Origin: an uncultured Candidatus Saccharibacteria bacterium
Lineage (GTDB): Bacteria > Patescibacteriota > Saccharimonadia > CAILAD01 > GCA-016700035
Assembly: GCA_964535385.1 (NCBI GenBank)
Contig: CAZHSY010000004.1
Coordinates: forward strand, 7,762-71,761
Direction of reading: 5' to 3'
Length of the DNA: 64,000 nucleotides
Position 1 is the stretch's first letter; the number at the start of each line of letters is the position of its first letter. A program made the position numbers and the translations under genes. This document shows positions 44,259 to 53,528 of the stretch, piece by piece. A model generated the notes under the pieces. That model made no database searches, was not told the origin of the DNA, and worked only from the letters and a program-made list of their open reading frames with translations.

Positions 44259-45612
44259 GGCTATGGTTAAGTTACGACATACGGCCGCTCGAATAACTGG
44301 ATCTACGGTAGCGCGGGGTATGGCGTTGATTGGGCGTCAGTCAACTGCTCTACCTGGCTATGTGGCTGAGACTATTGCTCCAGATATTTTAGAGGGATTG
44401 GTAGATTATCGGCGCTTTAAAGAGCGGATCATCATTACCGGCACTAATGGTAAGACGACCACGACCCATCTCGTAACACAGATCCTATTAGCCCAGGGTC
44501 GATCGGTGGTAAGCAATGCTTCGGGTTCAAACCTCAAGCGCGGTGTGATTACGACCTTACTCTCGAAAAAGCATCAGACCGCCCAGCGACAGAGCCTAGT
44601 ACTTGAGGTTGATGAGGCCAGTCTCCCAAAGGTCTGTCGAGCCATTCGTCCAACCCATCTTATTGTTTTGAATGTCCTGCGCGATCAACTGGATCGTTAT
44701 GGTGAGGTCGACACAACCCAGGCCTTTATTCTGGAAGGAATTCGTCAGACACAGGCTCAGTTATTGTTGTGTGCTGACGATCCTTGGGTGGCGGCTTTAG
44801 CGTACTTGAGTAAGAAGCCGGCTCTTTTCTTTGGTCTCGAAAGTAGTCAGCTCCAGGCGCTACCCCATGACCGTGCAGCTGACCTACCAGTAAGTCCAGT
44901 GACGCAGTCACCTTATAATTACAGCCAGCGATATTTTAGTCATCTTGGACTCTATGAGGCTCAGGATAAAAGTTTTGTTCGTCCAGAAGTTGACTTGCGT
45001 ATTACGCACTGGGAGCCAACTTCAGCTGGCGGCATGCAAGTGCGCGCCCATTGGCGCAAGCAGCCAGTCGTCTTTACGACTGGCTTGAGTGGCGTCTACT
45101 CTCTCTATAATTTAGCGGCGGCTTTGTTATTGGCGGAGTCACTGGGGATTCCATCAGCTGGCCTTGAAGCTGCCTTGCAAAAGACGACAGCTGCCTTTGG
45201 TCGCCAAGAGGTGATTGAGTATGATGGAGTTGCTTATCAGTTCTTTCTGATTAAGAATCCAACTGGCTTCAATCAAGTTATCGCCAGTGCATTGCAGTCG
45301 AGTAAGGACCGACGACCTCTAGTTATCGTCATCAATGATAATTTCGCTGATGGTCGAGATGTCTCATGGCTGTGGGATGTAGCGATTGAGGATATTCAGA
45401 CACCAGAGCCAATCTATGTAGCGGGTACGCGGGCTTATGATATGGCCTTGCGGCTAGAGTACGCAGGCATTGGTTGTCTGGTTGTACAAGACGCACTGAC
45501 AGCCCTCAAGGAAGCTGGTCGGCAGGCTAAGCGAGTGCGCGTATTGCCAACCTACACAGCTCTCTTGGAAGTTCGTAAGCAACTAGCTTTAGGCTTGGAG
45601 CACAAGTCATGA
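44245..45612 (+). CDS. murT: Mur-ligase-family protein MurT (lipid II isoglutaminyl synthase subunit).
   Basis: Mur ligase central-domain P-loop ITGTNGKTTTTHL. About 455 aa with a C-terminal DUF1727-like region. Immediately followed by gatD. Confidence 0.75.
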   Translation: MGYNKAMVKLRHTAARITGSTVARGMALIGRQSTALPGYVAETIAPDILEGLVDYRRFKERIIITGTNGKTTTTHLVTQILLAQGRSVVSNASGSNLKRGVITTLLSKKHQTAQRQSLVLEVDEASLPKVCRAIRPTHLIVLNVLRDQLDRYGEVDTTQAFILEGIRQTQAQLLLCADDPWVAALAYLSKKPALFFGLESSQLQALPHDRAADLPVSPVTQSPYNYSQRYFSHLGLYEAQDKSFVRPEVDLRITHWEPTSAGGMQVRAHWRKQPVVFTTGLSGVYSLYNLAAALLLAESLGIPSAGLEAALQKTTAAFGRQEVIEYDGVAYQFFLIKNPTGFNQVIASALQSSKDRRPLVIVINDNFADGRDVSWLWDVAIEDIQTPEPIYVAGTRAYDMALRLEYAGIGCLVVQDALTALKEAGRQAKRVRVLPTYTALLEVRKQLALGLEHKS

Positions 45613-46322
45613 AAAAGGCAATTCGTCTGGCCTATCTATATCCAAATGAGATGAATACCTATGGTGATTGGGGTAATGTGTTGTGTTTATTACAGCGCAT
45701 ACGTTGGCGTAAGCAGAAGGTAGAGTTGGTAGAGTATCACATAGGAGATGCTTGGCCGGAAAAAATAGACTTAATCTTTATGGGTGGAGGTCAAGATAGT
45801 GGCCAGTCACTGGTAGAGATAGACTTTCTAAAACGCGGCAAGAATATCGCTGATGCTATCAATGATGGCGTACCAGCCTTGACGATTTGCGGGGCGTATC
45901 AACTATTAGGACATTCATTTACTACGTTTGAGGGTAGGTTGCTGGAAGGGGTGGGGCTATTTGACCTTACAACCCAAGCACAGTCAGGTCGGTTGATCGG
46001 GAATATAGTGATTGAGTCGGAAGTTGCTGGCGAGTTGATCGGCTTCGAGAATCATTCCGGGCGCACTGTCCTACAAGATCCATCCCGGGCCCTTGGCCGA
46101 GTTTTAAAGGGTGGCGGCAATAATGGAACTGACAAGACGGAAGGCATTTTGCATCACCACGCTGTTGGCACATATCTGCACGGCCCTATATTACCGAAGA
46201 ACCCGCGGTTGGCTGACTGGTTGATAGCTACTGCTCAGGGCATCACTGTCAGCGATTTAGAACCCCTGTCCGATCCATTTGTTGAGCAAGCTCGTCTGAT
46301 TGCAGCCCAGCGGCCTCGATAG
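45609..46322 (+). CDS. gatD: Glutamine amidotransferase GatD (CobQ/CobB-type GATase1), partner of MurT.
   Basis: ATGA overlap with murT. 237 aa; GATase1-like LTICGAYQLLGHSF with a catalytic Cys. Confidence 0.75.
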   Translation: MKKAIRLAYLYPNEMNTYGDWGNVLCLLQRIRWRKQKVELVEYHIGDAWPEKIDLIFMGGGQDSGQSLVEIDFLKRGKNIADAINDGVPALTICGAYQLLGHSFTTFEGRLLEGVGLFDLTTQAQSGRLIGNIVIESEVAGELIGFENHSGRTVLQDPSRALGRVLKGGGNNGTDKTEGILHHHAVGTYLHGPILPKNPRLADWLIATAQGITVSDLEPLSDPFVEQARLIAAQRPR

Positions 46323-46433
46323 ATAGTTGCGCCTTGCACACTATTTATAGAAAAGCGCGGTGACTGCTGGTTTCTGAGTCAAAATCGTGTACACTTATGA
46401 ATAAGAGGTTTTAGAGAGGGGTCAACGTACTGT

Positions 46434-47177
46434 ATGCCACTTGATTCATTGTTTGGTTCAAAGACACGCGTAAAGCTCTTGAGTTTGTTCTACAACAACC
46501 CCGAGCGACCGTTTTATGTGCGTGAGATTACGCGTAAGATTAACGAGCAGATTAATTCTGTCCGTCGTGAGCTGCAGAATTTACTTAACATTGGGATTGT
46601 GAAATCAGTCAATCAATCCAATCGGCTATATTATGAGGTTGATCCGAGTTTTCGCTTCCACAATGAGCTCTTGTCGATGTTCCAGAAGATTCCAGCTCAG
46701 TCCAAGGAAATCCGCGAGACAAAAGAAGAGGACCAGATACTTAAAAAGATTCAGAAAGCCGGCAACGTTAAGGTATTATTCTTGTCAGGTGCTTTTGTGC
46801 GAGGCAGTATGCAGGATATCGATATCTTCATCGTTGGCGATATGAATAAGGCTCGGTTGTCTCAGATCATCCAAGATATGGAACAGACCATGAATCGTGA
46901 GCTGAATTACGCTGCTTTCCGAGTTGAGGATCTTGATTACCGACGTAATCTCAATGATCGGTTTATTCTAGATATGATTGACGCCAAGAAGATTATCTTG
47001 AAAGATGAATTGAGCCTGTTCAAGACAGCCTCTGAGAAAGTAGCCGAGAAGGCCAAGCAGAACTCTAGCACCCCTGTATCATCAGTGCCGCGGGTTGGCG
47101 TGCCTGTAAATATCTCTGGTCCATCAGCGAATATTACGACAGAAGAGGCTATGGAAATAGCCGAATTAAATCAATAA
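46434..47177 (+). CDS. Winged-helix DNA-binding domain fused to a minimal nucleotidyltransferase (Pol-beta superfamily) domain.
   Basis: N-terminal wHTH (FYVREITRKINEQINSVRRELQNLLNIGIV). The NTase-like motif is LSGAFVRGSMQDIDIFIVGD (G-S...DxD). Confidence 0.45.
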   Translation: MPLDSLFGSKTRVKLLSLFYNNPERPFYVREITRKINEQINSVRRELQNLLNIGIVKSVNQSNRLYYEVDPSFRFHNELLSMFQKIPAQSKEIRETKEEDQILKKIQKAGNVKVLFLSGAFVRGSMQDIDIFIVGDMNKARLSQIIQDMEQTMNRELNYAAFRVEDLDYRRNLNDRFILDMIDAKKIILKDELSLFKTASEKVAEKAKQNSSTPVSSVPRVGVPVNISGPSANITTEEAMEIAELNQ

Positions 47178-47232
47178 CTCTCGAACCGCCTCAAGCTTTA
47201 GGTATTATGTGATTCGAACTCATGTCTAAAGT

Positions 47233-47781
47233 TTGCTATACTCTTCAGGTATGGAAATTTCTCGCGACAATCAAAACGCACTGAGATTGCAGTTTCGGGC
47301 AACTAGCCTGACCATTGGGGCTGAGCCTAGTGCTGCACCGGTTCGCCTAGTAACTCAGGTAAGTAAACAAGTTGATCCCGGCAAGGAGGAGAAAGTATTC
47401 CAAGGGGCAGGTGAGTACGAGATTGCCGGCATTATGGTTGATGGCGTTGTGACAAGCTCGGGATTGATCTCATATCATGTATTGCATGATGGCTACCAGG
47501 TTACTTGCCTGGTTCTGCACAAGATTGAAGATATTACTGACGCGATTATCGAACAGCTGCAGCCGAGTCAGGTACTCTGCATTTGGTCGGCCGACGAGAA
47601 CACGGCTGGATTGGCTGCCCTCGTGGCACGTTTCGAAGCTAATCTAATCGTACCTATAGACGTTGTTGGTGGCGTTGAAGCTCTCGCCAAGGAGCTCCAG
47701 TTGCAGTCTGAGCCCCTTGATAAAATCAAGCTGAATCAGAAGGATCTCCAGTTAGAAACTTCCCGCTTGATTGCTTTGTAG
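47233..47781 (+). CDS. Hypothetical protein (182 aa).
   Basis: ORF with reasonable codon usage, immediately downstream of the wHTH-NTase gene. No domain recognised. Confidence 0.4.
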   Translation: MLYSSGMEISRDNQNALRLQFRATSLTIGAEPSAAPVRLVTQVSKQVDPGKEEKVFQGAGEYEIAGIMVDGVVTSSGLISYHVLHDGYQVTCLVLHKIEDITDAIIEQLQPSQVLCIWSADENTAGLAALVARFEANLIVPIDVVGGVEALAKELQLQSEPLDKIKLNQKDLQLETSRLIAL

Positions 47782-47802
47782 GTTTGAAGGGATCTCTATA
47801 CT

Positions 47803-47830
47803 AAAAAACTCCCATTGCTGGGAGTTTTTT
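47803..47830. terminator. Bidirectional rho-independent terminator, shared by the 47233 gene and rpmB.
   Basis: aaaaaactccca-ttgc-tgggagtttttt. Confidence 0.8.
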
Positions 47831-47847
47831 AGTTATGGGTAGTTGAC

Positions 47848-48066
47848 CTATGCGGTTGGTGTCTGAGGTGTGGCTTCGGCTTTTTCGAGCTTACGTAGGG
47901 TGCGGATTGTCGAAGCAGCTAGGCGAACTTTAACCTTGCGGCCGTTAATGACCAAGGTTTTACGCTGGAGATTTGGCTTCCAGACTTTTGGAGTGTGGCG
48001 CAGGGAATGGCTGACATTACGGCCATACTGCTTTCCTTTACCGGTGATATCACATGTGTAAGACAT
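47848..48066 (-). CDS. rpmB: Ribosomal protein bL28.
   Basis: MSYTCDITGKGKQYGRNVSHSLRHTPKVWKPNLQRKTLVINGRKVKVRLA. The start at 48066 is chosen over the ORF-track 48084 by homology. Confidence 0.85.
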   Translation of the reverse strand: MSYTCDITGKGKQYGRNVSHSLRHTPKVWKPNLQRKTLVINGRKVKVRLAASTIRTLRKLEKAEATPQTPTA

Positions 48067-48236
48067 AGTAGTAAAACTCTTCAATTAATTTTGAATTAAT
48101 TTGTGCGCGACGGTTTGTCGCGACGAACTGACAAATCATAACAGAAATCGGCCATTAGGGCAATAGTTCGCAGCTTAGCTCATACGCGGGCGGAAGACTT
48201 GCTATACTAGGAAGAGTTATTTAAGGGGCATCGGTC

Positions 48237-48866
48237 GTGGATCTGCTATCAATTATACGTCTTATTTTTATCTATATCGTAGTAATTACGGTTCATGAGT
48301 TCAGTCACGCCTGGATGGGCTACAAGCTGGGAGACCCAACGGCTGCTCATGGTGGTCGATTGACGCTCAATCCTCTGGCCCACATTGATCCATTCGCAAC
48401 TTTGCTTTTGCCAGTCTTGTTAATCTTAGCTGGCAGCCCAATTATCTTTGGTGCGGCTCGACCCGTGCCGTTCAATCCATTATTAGTGCGGGGTGGGAAG
48501 AAGGGAGCGGCTTTGATCGCTTTTGCTGGTCCGGCGAGTAATTTGCTGATGGCTTTGGCGGTGGCAATATTCGTGCGACTCGTGCCACAGAGTGCTAGTC
48601 TCGGCGATGCTCTCTTGATCAATCTCATTCTCATTAACGTCTCGTTAGCTTTGTTTAACCTCATACCGGTACCACCCTTGGATGGTTCGCGAATCGTTTA
48701 TGCTTTTGCACCAGATAGTTTGACTGAGGCTATGGAGCGCATTGAGCGTATGGGGCCGATACTGCTATTGGTCGTTTTTATCGTGCTGTACCCAATTATT
48801 GCTCCATTCCTGCAGCACGCTACTCAGGCGATAGCAACTTTCCTGCTTGGCGCTGGAGGATTATAA
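48237..48866 (+). CDS. Site-2 protease family (M50) membrane zinc metalloprotease.
   Basis: HEFSHAWMGYKLGD (HExxH within a TM helix), multiple TM helices, 209 aa. Confidence 0.7.
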   Translation: MDLLSIIRLIFIYIVVITVHEFSHAWMGYKLGDPTAAHGGRLTLNPLAHIDPFATLLLPVLLILAGSPIIFGAARPVPFNPLLVRGGKKGAALIAFAGPASNLLMALAVAIFVRLVPQSASLGDALLINLILINVSLALFNLIPVPPLDGSRIVYAFAPDSLTEAMERIERMGPILLLVVFIVLYPIIAPFLQHATQAIATFLLGAGGL

Positions 48867-49066
48867 TATAGGTACTTCCGCGAGCGCTCGAAACCGGGCG
48901 ACTATCTTTTCTGCTTAAAATATATACGGGAACTCTAGATTACTCTTTGTTAATAATTTTTGACAACGATGTTGCGGGTGCCCACCTGGTTTACTGGCCA
49001 GGGAAGATAGCGATCCACCGGCGCTCGGGGAATACTTGAGAAGCAAATGGTTTTGGCTTGTCGTAC

Positions 49067-49615
49067 TTAGAGCTTAAATTGCTTACGCCAGCGACTGGCT
49101 TGTGTAATACTGTCAGCCCGAAGATAGTCAATGTATTGTGCGACCTTGTAGTAGGTGGCTATTTTTTTTACTTCACTACCGATATCATAGGGACAAATCC
49201 AAAGCGCGGCCGAGAATCGTTTAGCTCCGAGCTTGTGCAGCTGGATGATGAGCTGATTACGAGCACTCTTGTGGCTATCGGGAATCTGGTAGGTGATAAA
49301 GTACCAGCGTTGATTCCAGGCACTCGGCTTGGGCTTCTCAATGGCTGCAAGGGTGGGGCGATGAAGCTTTGCCCGACCAATTTCAGTAATCTGAAGGATT
49401 TTAGCATTCCCCAAAGAGCCCTGTGTGATGTCGCCCTGTTTCAGGAGTACAGCCAGCGTGTCCTTGAGTCGAGCCCGGGGTGCGCGTGAGGTGTGCCAGC
49501 TGAAGAGCTCCTGGAGGCCAGGGTCACTCAGTAGCTTCTCTTCGCGTATAATATCGTGCTGGCCGATCTTGGCGAGAAGGGCGGTAGTTTTGGAGATATT
49601 CTGCATATTTCTCAT
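49067..49615 (-). CDS. PaaX-like transcriptional regulator.
   Basis: N-terminal wHTH; C-terminal NQRWYFITYQIPDSHKSARNQLIIQLHKLGAKRFSAALWICP matches the PaaX C-domain pattern (W..RW..V.Y..P......R..L...L...GF..L....W). Confidence 0.55.
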   Translation of the reverse strand: MRNMQNISKTTALLAKIGQHDIIREEKLLSDPGLQELFSWHTSRAPRARLKDTLAVLLKQGDITQGSLGNAKILQITEIGRAKLHRPTLAAIEKPKPSAWNQRWYFITYQIPDSHKSARNQLIIQLHKLGAKRFSAALWICPYDIGSEVKKIATYYKVAQYIDYLRADSITQASRWRKQFKL

Positions 49616-49715
49616 GCTTAAGCATAATTATCATGTATGGTATGGTCTATCGTCAAGTCAGGTTTATTGACTATTTCAGATGTAGTAGACTTGGAGGGTC
49701 GGCGTGAGGGCTTTA

Positions 49716-49792
49716 CGGGGTGTGGCGCAGTTGGCTAGCGCGCGTGCATGGGGTGCACGAGGTCGCAGGTTCGAGTCCTGTCATCCCGACCA
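49716..49792 (+). tRNA. tRNA-Pro (anticodon GGG).
   Basis: CGGGGTGTGGCGCAGTTGGCTAGCGCGCGTGCATGGGGTGCACGAGGTCGCAGGTTCGAGTCCTGTCATCCCGACCA. C1:G72, A73 and G37 are typical of tRNA-Pro. Confidence 0.85.
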
Positions 49793-49992
49793 ATATAAAA
49801 GGATCAGTATTTATGCTGGTCTTTTTATATTGCTTAAGACCAGAAAAACTCGAAACCTGAGGTTTGGCAAATGAGGAGCGCAGGAAGGAGGCGCTTGCGC
49901 GGCTGTCCTGTTATTTCGACTAAATAAGAAAGCCAGAGTAGGCCCAGCTTAGGGTGATGGAGAGCTTCTACGGACTCGTGTAGAATAGAGCA

Positions 49993-50409
49993 ATGTCCAA
50001 GTCAAAAAGCATTTTTACGCAAATCCGACTCGGTGATTTACCTGGTACTATCCTACATGAAGAGCCAGACGTTTTTGTGACTATGACGATCGCACCGCAT
50101 AACCCCGGTCACTGTTTAATCATTCCGACCGAGGAAGTAGGGAGTTTTGAAGAGGTTTCTCCTGAGGTCTTCGCTCGTATGATGGCGATTGCTCAGCAGT
50201 TCGCCAGACTCTATAAGGGGATATATGCGTCTCCAAAAGTTGCCTTGGTGGCGGCTGGTTTGGAGGTCGAGCATACGCACATCCATCTCTTCCCGATGTA
50301 CGATGAGGCAGATCTTGCACCGAGCCATGTTCAACATCCTGGGGTGGAGGCGATACAAGCTGAAGCCGACAAGATTCGCGAGGCATTGAAGGAGCAGCCA
50401 ATTACATGA
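49993..50409 (+). CDS. HIT (histidine triad) family hydrolase.
   Basis: HIT motif HTHIHLFPM; 138 aa. Confidence 0.8.
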   Translation: MSKSKSIFTQIRLGDLPGTILHEEPDVFVTMTIAPHNPGHCLIIPTEEVGSFEEVSPEVFARMMAIAQQFARLYKGIYASPKVALVAAGLEVEHTHIHLFPMYDEADLAPSHVQHPGVEAIQAEADKIREALKEQPIT

Positions 50410-51188
50410 TTTGGGCAGTTATCCTTGGAGTAGTTCAGGCAATTACGGAGTTCTTACCTGTTTCATCGAGCGCTCACCTACTTGTTGTGCCGTGGCTGTT
50501 TAATGCTCAGACCATGGGGCTGGCCTTCGATGCGGCGCTGCACGTAGGTACTTCTGTGGCGCTGCTGGCCTACTTCTGGCGGGACTTCTATGACATGATT
50601 CGCCGTCGTGATCGCTTCCTGTGGTTGATATTGATTGCCTTAATTCCTGGAGCTACGATTGGTTTTCTGGGGGATAAGTTCATTGAGCACACCTTCCATG
50701 ACGGTTCGCTGGCGCTGGTTATATCGGCGGTGGGCATGCTCATTACTACCGCTATATTCTGGTATATCGACAGCACAGCCCGCTTAAAGCGTGATATGCA
50801 AGACATGTCCTGGCGCCAAGCTTTGGTAATTGGCTTCGCTCAGGCCTTGGCATTTATACCTGGGACATCACGATCAGGAGTTACGATTATTACTGGGTTG
50901 GCACTGGGCTATAAGCGCGAGGCGGCGGCTCGTTTTAGCTTCTTAATTGGTACGCCAATTGCGCTCGGCGCCGGCCTGTATAAGGCTACTTCTATACTTG
51001 ATAGTAGTCCGACGAGCAGTCAGATTGTCCAGTTACTCGTCGGCATACTTGTATCAGGTATATTGGGATATATCGTGATTCGTTGGTTGCTTGGCTACGT
51101 GCAGAAACATAATTTGCACGTCTTTCTTATATATCGGTTCGCCTTTGCTAGCCTGGTCTTATTGTTTTGGTGGGTTTTTAGACGATGA
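50406..51188 (+). CDS. uppP: Undecaprenyl-diphosphate phosphatase UppP (BacA).
   Basis: N-terminus ITEFLPVSSSAHLLVV; 8 TM helices. ATGA overlap with the HIT gene. Confidence 0.9.
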   Translation: MIWAVILGVVQAITEFLPVSSSAHLLVVPWLFNAQTMGLAFDAALHVGTSVALLAYFWRDFYDMIRRRDRFLWLILIALIPGATIGFLGDKFIEHTFHDGSLALVISAVGMLITTAIFWYIDSTARLKRDMQDMSWRQALVIGFAQALAFIPGTSRSGVTIITGLALGYKREAAARFSFLIGTPIALGAGLYKATSILDSSPTSSQIVQLLVGILVSGILGYIVIRWLLGYVQKHNLHVFLIYRFAFASLVLLFWWVFRR

Positions 51189-51592
51189 GTCGCCAACGGG
51201 TACATGGAGATGGAGGTTCGCGTGGTAATCCGGGGCCAGCCGCCGCCGCCGCGGTATTTGTGAACGCTGCTGGAGAGGTGACAGCTACCTTTGCGGAGTA
51301 CATGGGTATCGCTACCAATAATCAAGCTGAGTATCGGTCGGTTGAGCTCGGACTCCAGGGTCTCCGCGACCACAAGATACAAGCCGCTGACTTCTATCTC
51401 GATAGTCAGTTAGTAGTCCGCCAGCTGAATGGACAGTACAAGGTCAAGCACCCCGAAATGCAGGCGGCCTTCCGGCGCGTACAAGCTCTTCGTGAAGGGA
51501 TCGATGTGACCTTTAACCATATTCCCCGTGCCGAGAACGCATCGGCTGATACGGCCGTCAATGAATGTCTCGACAGTTCTATAGAGAGATAA
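51185..51592 (+). CDS. rnhA: Ribonuclease H (RNase HI-type).
   Basis: DGGSRGNPGPAA, TNNQAEYRSV and HIPRAENASADTAVNE catalytic-motif regions. 135 aa. Confidence 0.75.
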   Translation: MSRQRVHGDGGSRGNPGPAAAAAVFVNAAGEVTATFAEYMGIATNNQAEYRSVELGLQGLRDHKIQAADFYLDSQLVVRQLNGQYKVKHPEMQAAFRRVQALREGIDVTFNHIPRAENASADTAVNECLDSSIER

Positions 51593-51595
51593 ATA

Positions 51596-51624
51596 TTAGA
51601 CATACTAAGAAAATATGGTAAAAT
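51596..51624 (+). promoter_or_regulatory. Sigma-70 promoter of rnpB.
   Basis: TTAGAC at 51596-51601, a 17 nt spacer, then TAAAAT at 51619-51624 with an upstream TG. The RNA 5' end lies about 5 nt downstream. Confidence 0.6.
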
Positions 51625-51628
51625 AACA

Positions 51629-52023
51629 GGGCAAGTAAGTGAGCAATCGCCCTGTCTCTATAGGCAGGGAGGAAAGTCCGAACAGCTCGAGTACGGATGG
51701 TCATTAACGGTGACCCGGGGTGACCCGAGGGAAAGTGCCACAGAGACGATACCGCCCGATATTTTCGGAGTAAGGGTGAAAAGAGTGCGGTAAGAGCGCA
51801 CAGCCTCTTCTGGTGACAGGGGAGGGTGGTAAACCCCATCTGCTGCAAGGCTTATGGATCCACCGGCACTTTGGTGTCGAAAGCGTACTCGCTTTTTCAA
51901 GGATATGTCGCATGACTATGGGTAGAAACCATAGCGTCTGCTTCTTAGCGGAAGAGAGATGATTGCTGCTCGGGCCGGAAAGGCCAGCCCGAGAACAGAA
52001 TTCGGCTTATAGCTTGCTTGCCC
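51629..52023 (+). ncRNA. rnpB: RNase P RNA (bacterial type A).
   Basis: Conserved GGAGGAAAGTCCG, GCGGTAAGAGCGCACAG and ACAGAATTCGGCTTA motifs. P1 pairing between the 5' gggcaagtaag and the 3' cttgcttgccc. The three overlapping minus-strand ORFs here are spurious. Confidence 0.85.
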
Positions 52024-52123
52024 GCCTGAGGTTTTAAGCTGTATTTTCAGAAAGTTCAGGCGGTTTGCCTGAGGGGCGAAGCTTTGAGGCCACTCGGTTC
52101 AGGTAATGATACAATAGGATCAC

Positions 52124-53527
52124 ATGCGTAAGCGTAGCGAATTGTTTTTTAATCTTTTACTTGTTCCACTTGATGCCCTAACCTTGCTCTCGAGTTGGGT
52201 TTTGGCCTTCCTAATGCGGGTGGAGTTTAGCTTTAAGCCAACAGTCTACCAGGTGCCGGGTCGCAGTTTTGTGGCCTTTTTGGTGCTCTTAATTCCAGTG
52301 AATATGGTGATCTTTGCGCTGACTGGACTGTATAGTTTTGACTCTACGCGGAGCCGTTGGCGAGAGTATAGTCGCGTGTTGATTGCGACATCGGCGACTA
52401 CTATGGTTCTGATCTTTGTTGATTTTTTCTCAACAACACCATTCTTCCCATCTAAGGCAGTCGTGGTGTATGGCTACGTGTTTTCGAGCCTGAGTATTAT
52501 CGGTATGCGGTTTGTGCTCAATCTGTTTCAGCGCTGGTTGTTTAACTTTAATATTGGCCGCCGTCAGGTAGTGGTTGTGGGGAGTGGTTTGGTCGCCGAT
52601 GAGCTCACTTATACCTTGCAGCGCAACCGTGGCTATCAGGTTGCTTCGATCATTACTAATAGTAAGCAGGCGGTTACAAAATTAAATACTTTTCTGAAAA
52701 AACATGCCGTTGATGAGCTGATCGTAACCGATGCCAAGATGAGTGATGGTGATCAACTGGCTCTCATGCGACTTACGCATGCCAACCATGTGACATATAA
52801 GTATGTGCCGACTATCGCCGGCCTGGCTAAGACTCGCTCTCAAACTGCGCTCTTAAATGATTTTCCGCTCATCGAGGTTGTACGTACACCGCTAGATGGC
52901 TGGTGGCGTATTTACAAGACGGTTTTCGATTATGCACTGACCGTTTTTGGACTGGTGGTAATCTCTCCTATATTTTTGGCCATTATGTTCGCCATCAAGC
53001 TGACTGACCGTGGTCCGATTTTTTATCGGCATACACGCATTGGCCGAAATGGTAAGTCGATCGATGTTTGGAAGTTCCGGAGCATGTATGCACGCTATTC
53101 GACTGGCCGGAGTCGCTCCGATGAGGAGGTACTTAAGGAAATCGGTGGAGAGGTGCTCTGGCGGGAGTTTCAGAAGGAACAAAAACTTAAGAAAGACCCT
53201 CGCGTGACGCCGATTGGTCGTTTCTTGCGTCGAACAAGTCTCGACGAAATCCCTCAACTCTTTAATGTCTTGAGAGGAGAGCTGAGCCTGGTTGGCCCGC
53301 GACCAGTCAGCCTAGATGAGCTGAAACGCTATGGTGAAGGGGTTTCGACTTTCTTGCTCATTAAGCCTGGCTTGACTGGTTTGTGGCAAGTTTCAGGTAG
53401 AAACGAAGTCGGCTATGCTGAGCGAGTTAAGCTGGATCTCTATTATGTGGAGAATTGGAGTGCCTTACTCGACTTACGGATTATCGGCCGGACTGCCCGG
53501 GTTGTATTCTTCGGGAAGGGTTATTAG
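52124..53527 (+). CDS. Polyprenyl-phosphate glycosylphosphotransferase (WbaP/bacterial sugar transferase family, initiating enzyme).
   Basis: C-terminal catalytic domain with LPQLFNVLRGELSLVGPRP; N-terminal TM helices; 467 aa. Confidence 0.85.
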   Translation: MRKRSELFFNLLLVPLDALTLLSSWVLAFLMRVEFSFKPTVYQVPGRSFVAFLVLLIPVNMVIFALTGLYSFDSTRSRWREYSRVLIATSATTMVLIFVDFFSTTPFFPSKAVVVYGYVFSSLSIIGMRFVLNLFQRWLFNFNIGRRQVVVVGSGLVADELTYTLQRNRGYQVASIITNSKQAVTKLNTFLKKHAVDELIVTDAKMSDGDQLALMRLTHANHVTYKYVPTIAGLAKTRSQTALLNDFPLIEVVRTPLDGWWRIYKTVFDYALTVFGLVVISPIFLAIMFAIKLTDRGPIFYRHTRIGRNGKSIDVWKFRSMYARYSTGRSRSDEEVLKEIGGEVLWREFQKEQKLKKDPRVTPIGRFLRRTSLDEIPQLFNVLRGELSLVGPRPVSLDELKRYGEGVSTFLLIKPGLTGLWQVSGRNEVGYAERVKLDLYYVENWSALLDLRIIGRTARVVFFGKGY

Positions 53528-53528
53528 C

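Noticed and set aside
51579-51913. Three overlapping minus-strand ORFs of 65-89 aa.
   Set aside because: They are antisense to RNase P RNA. They have no SD sequences and overlap one another.
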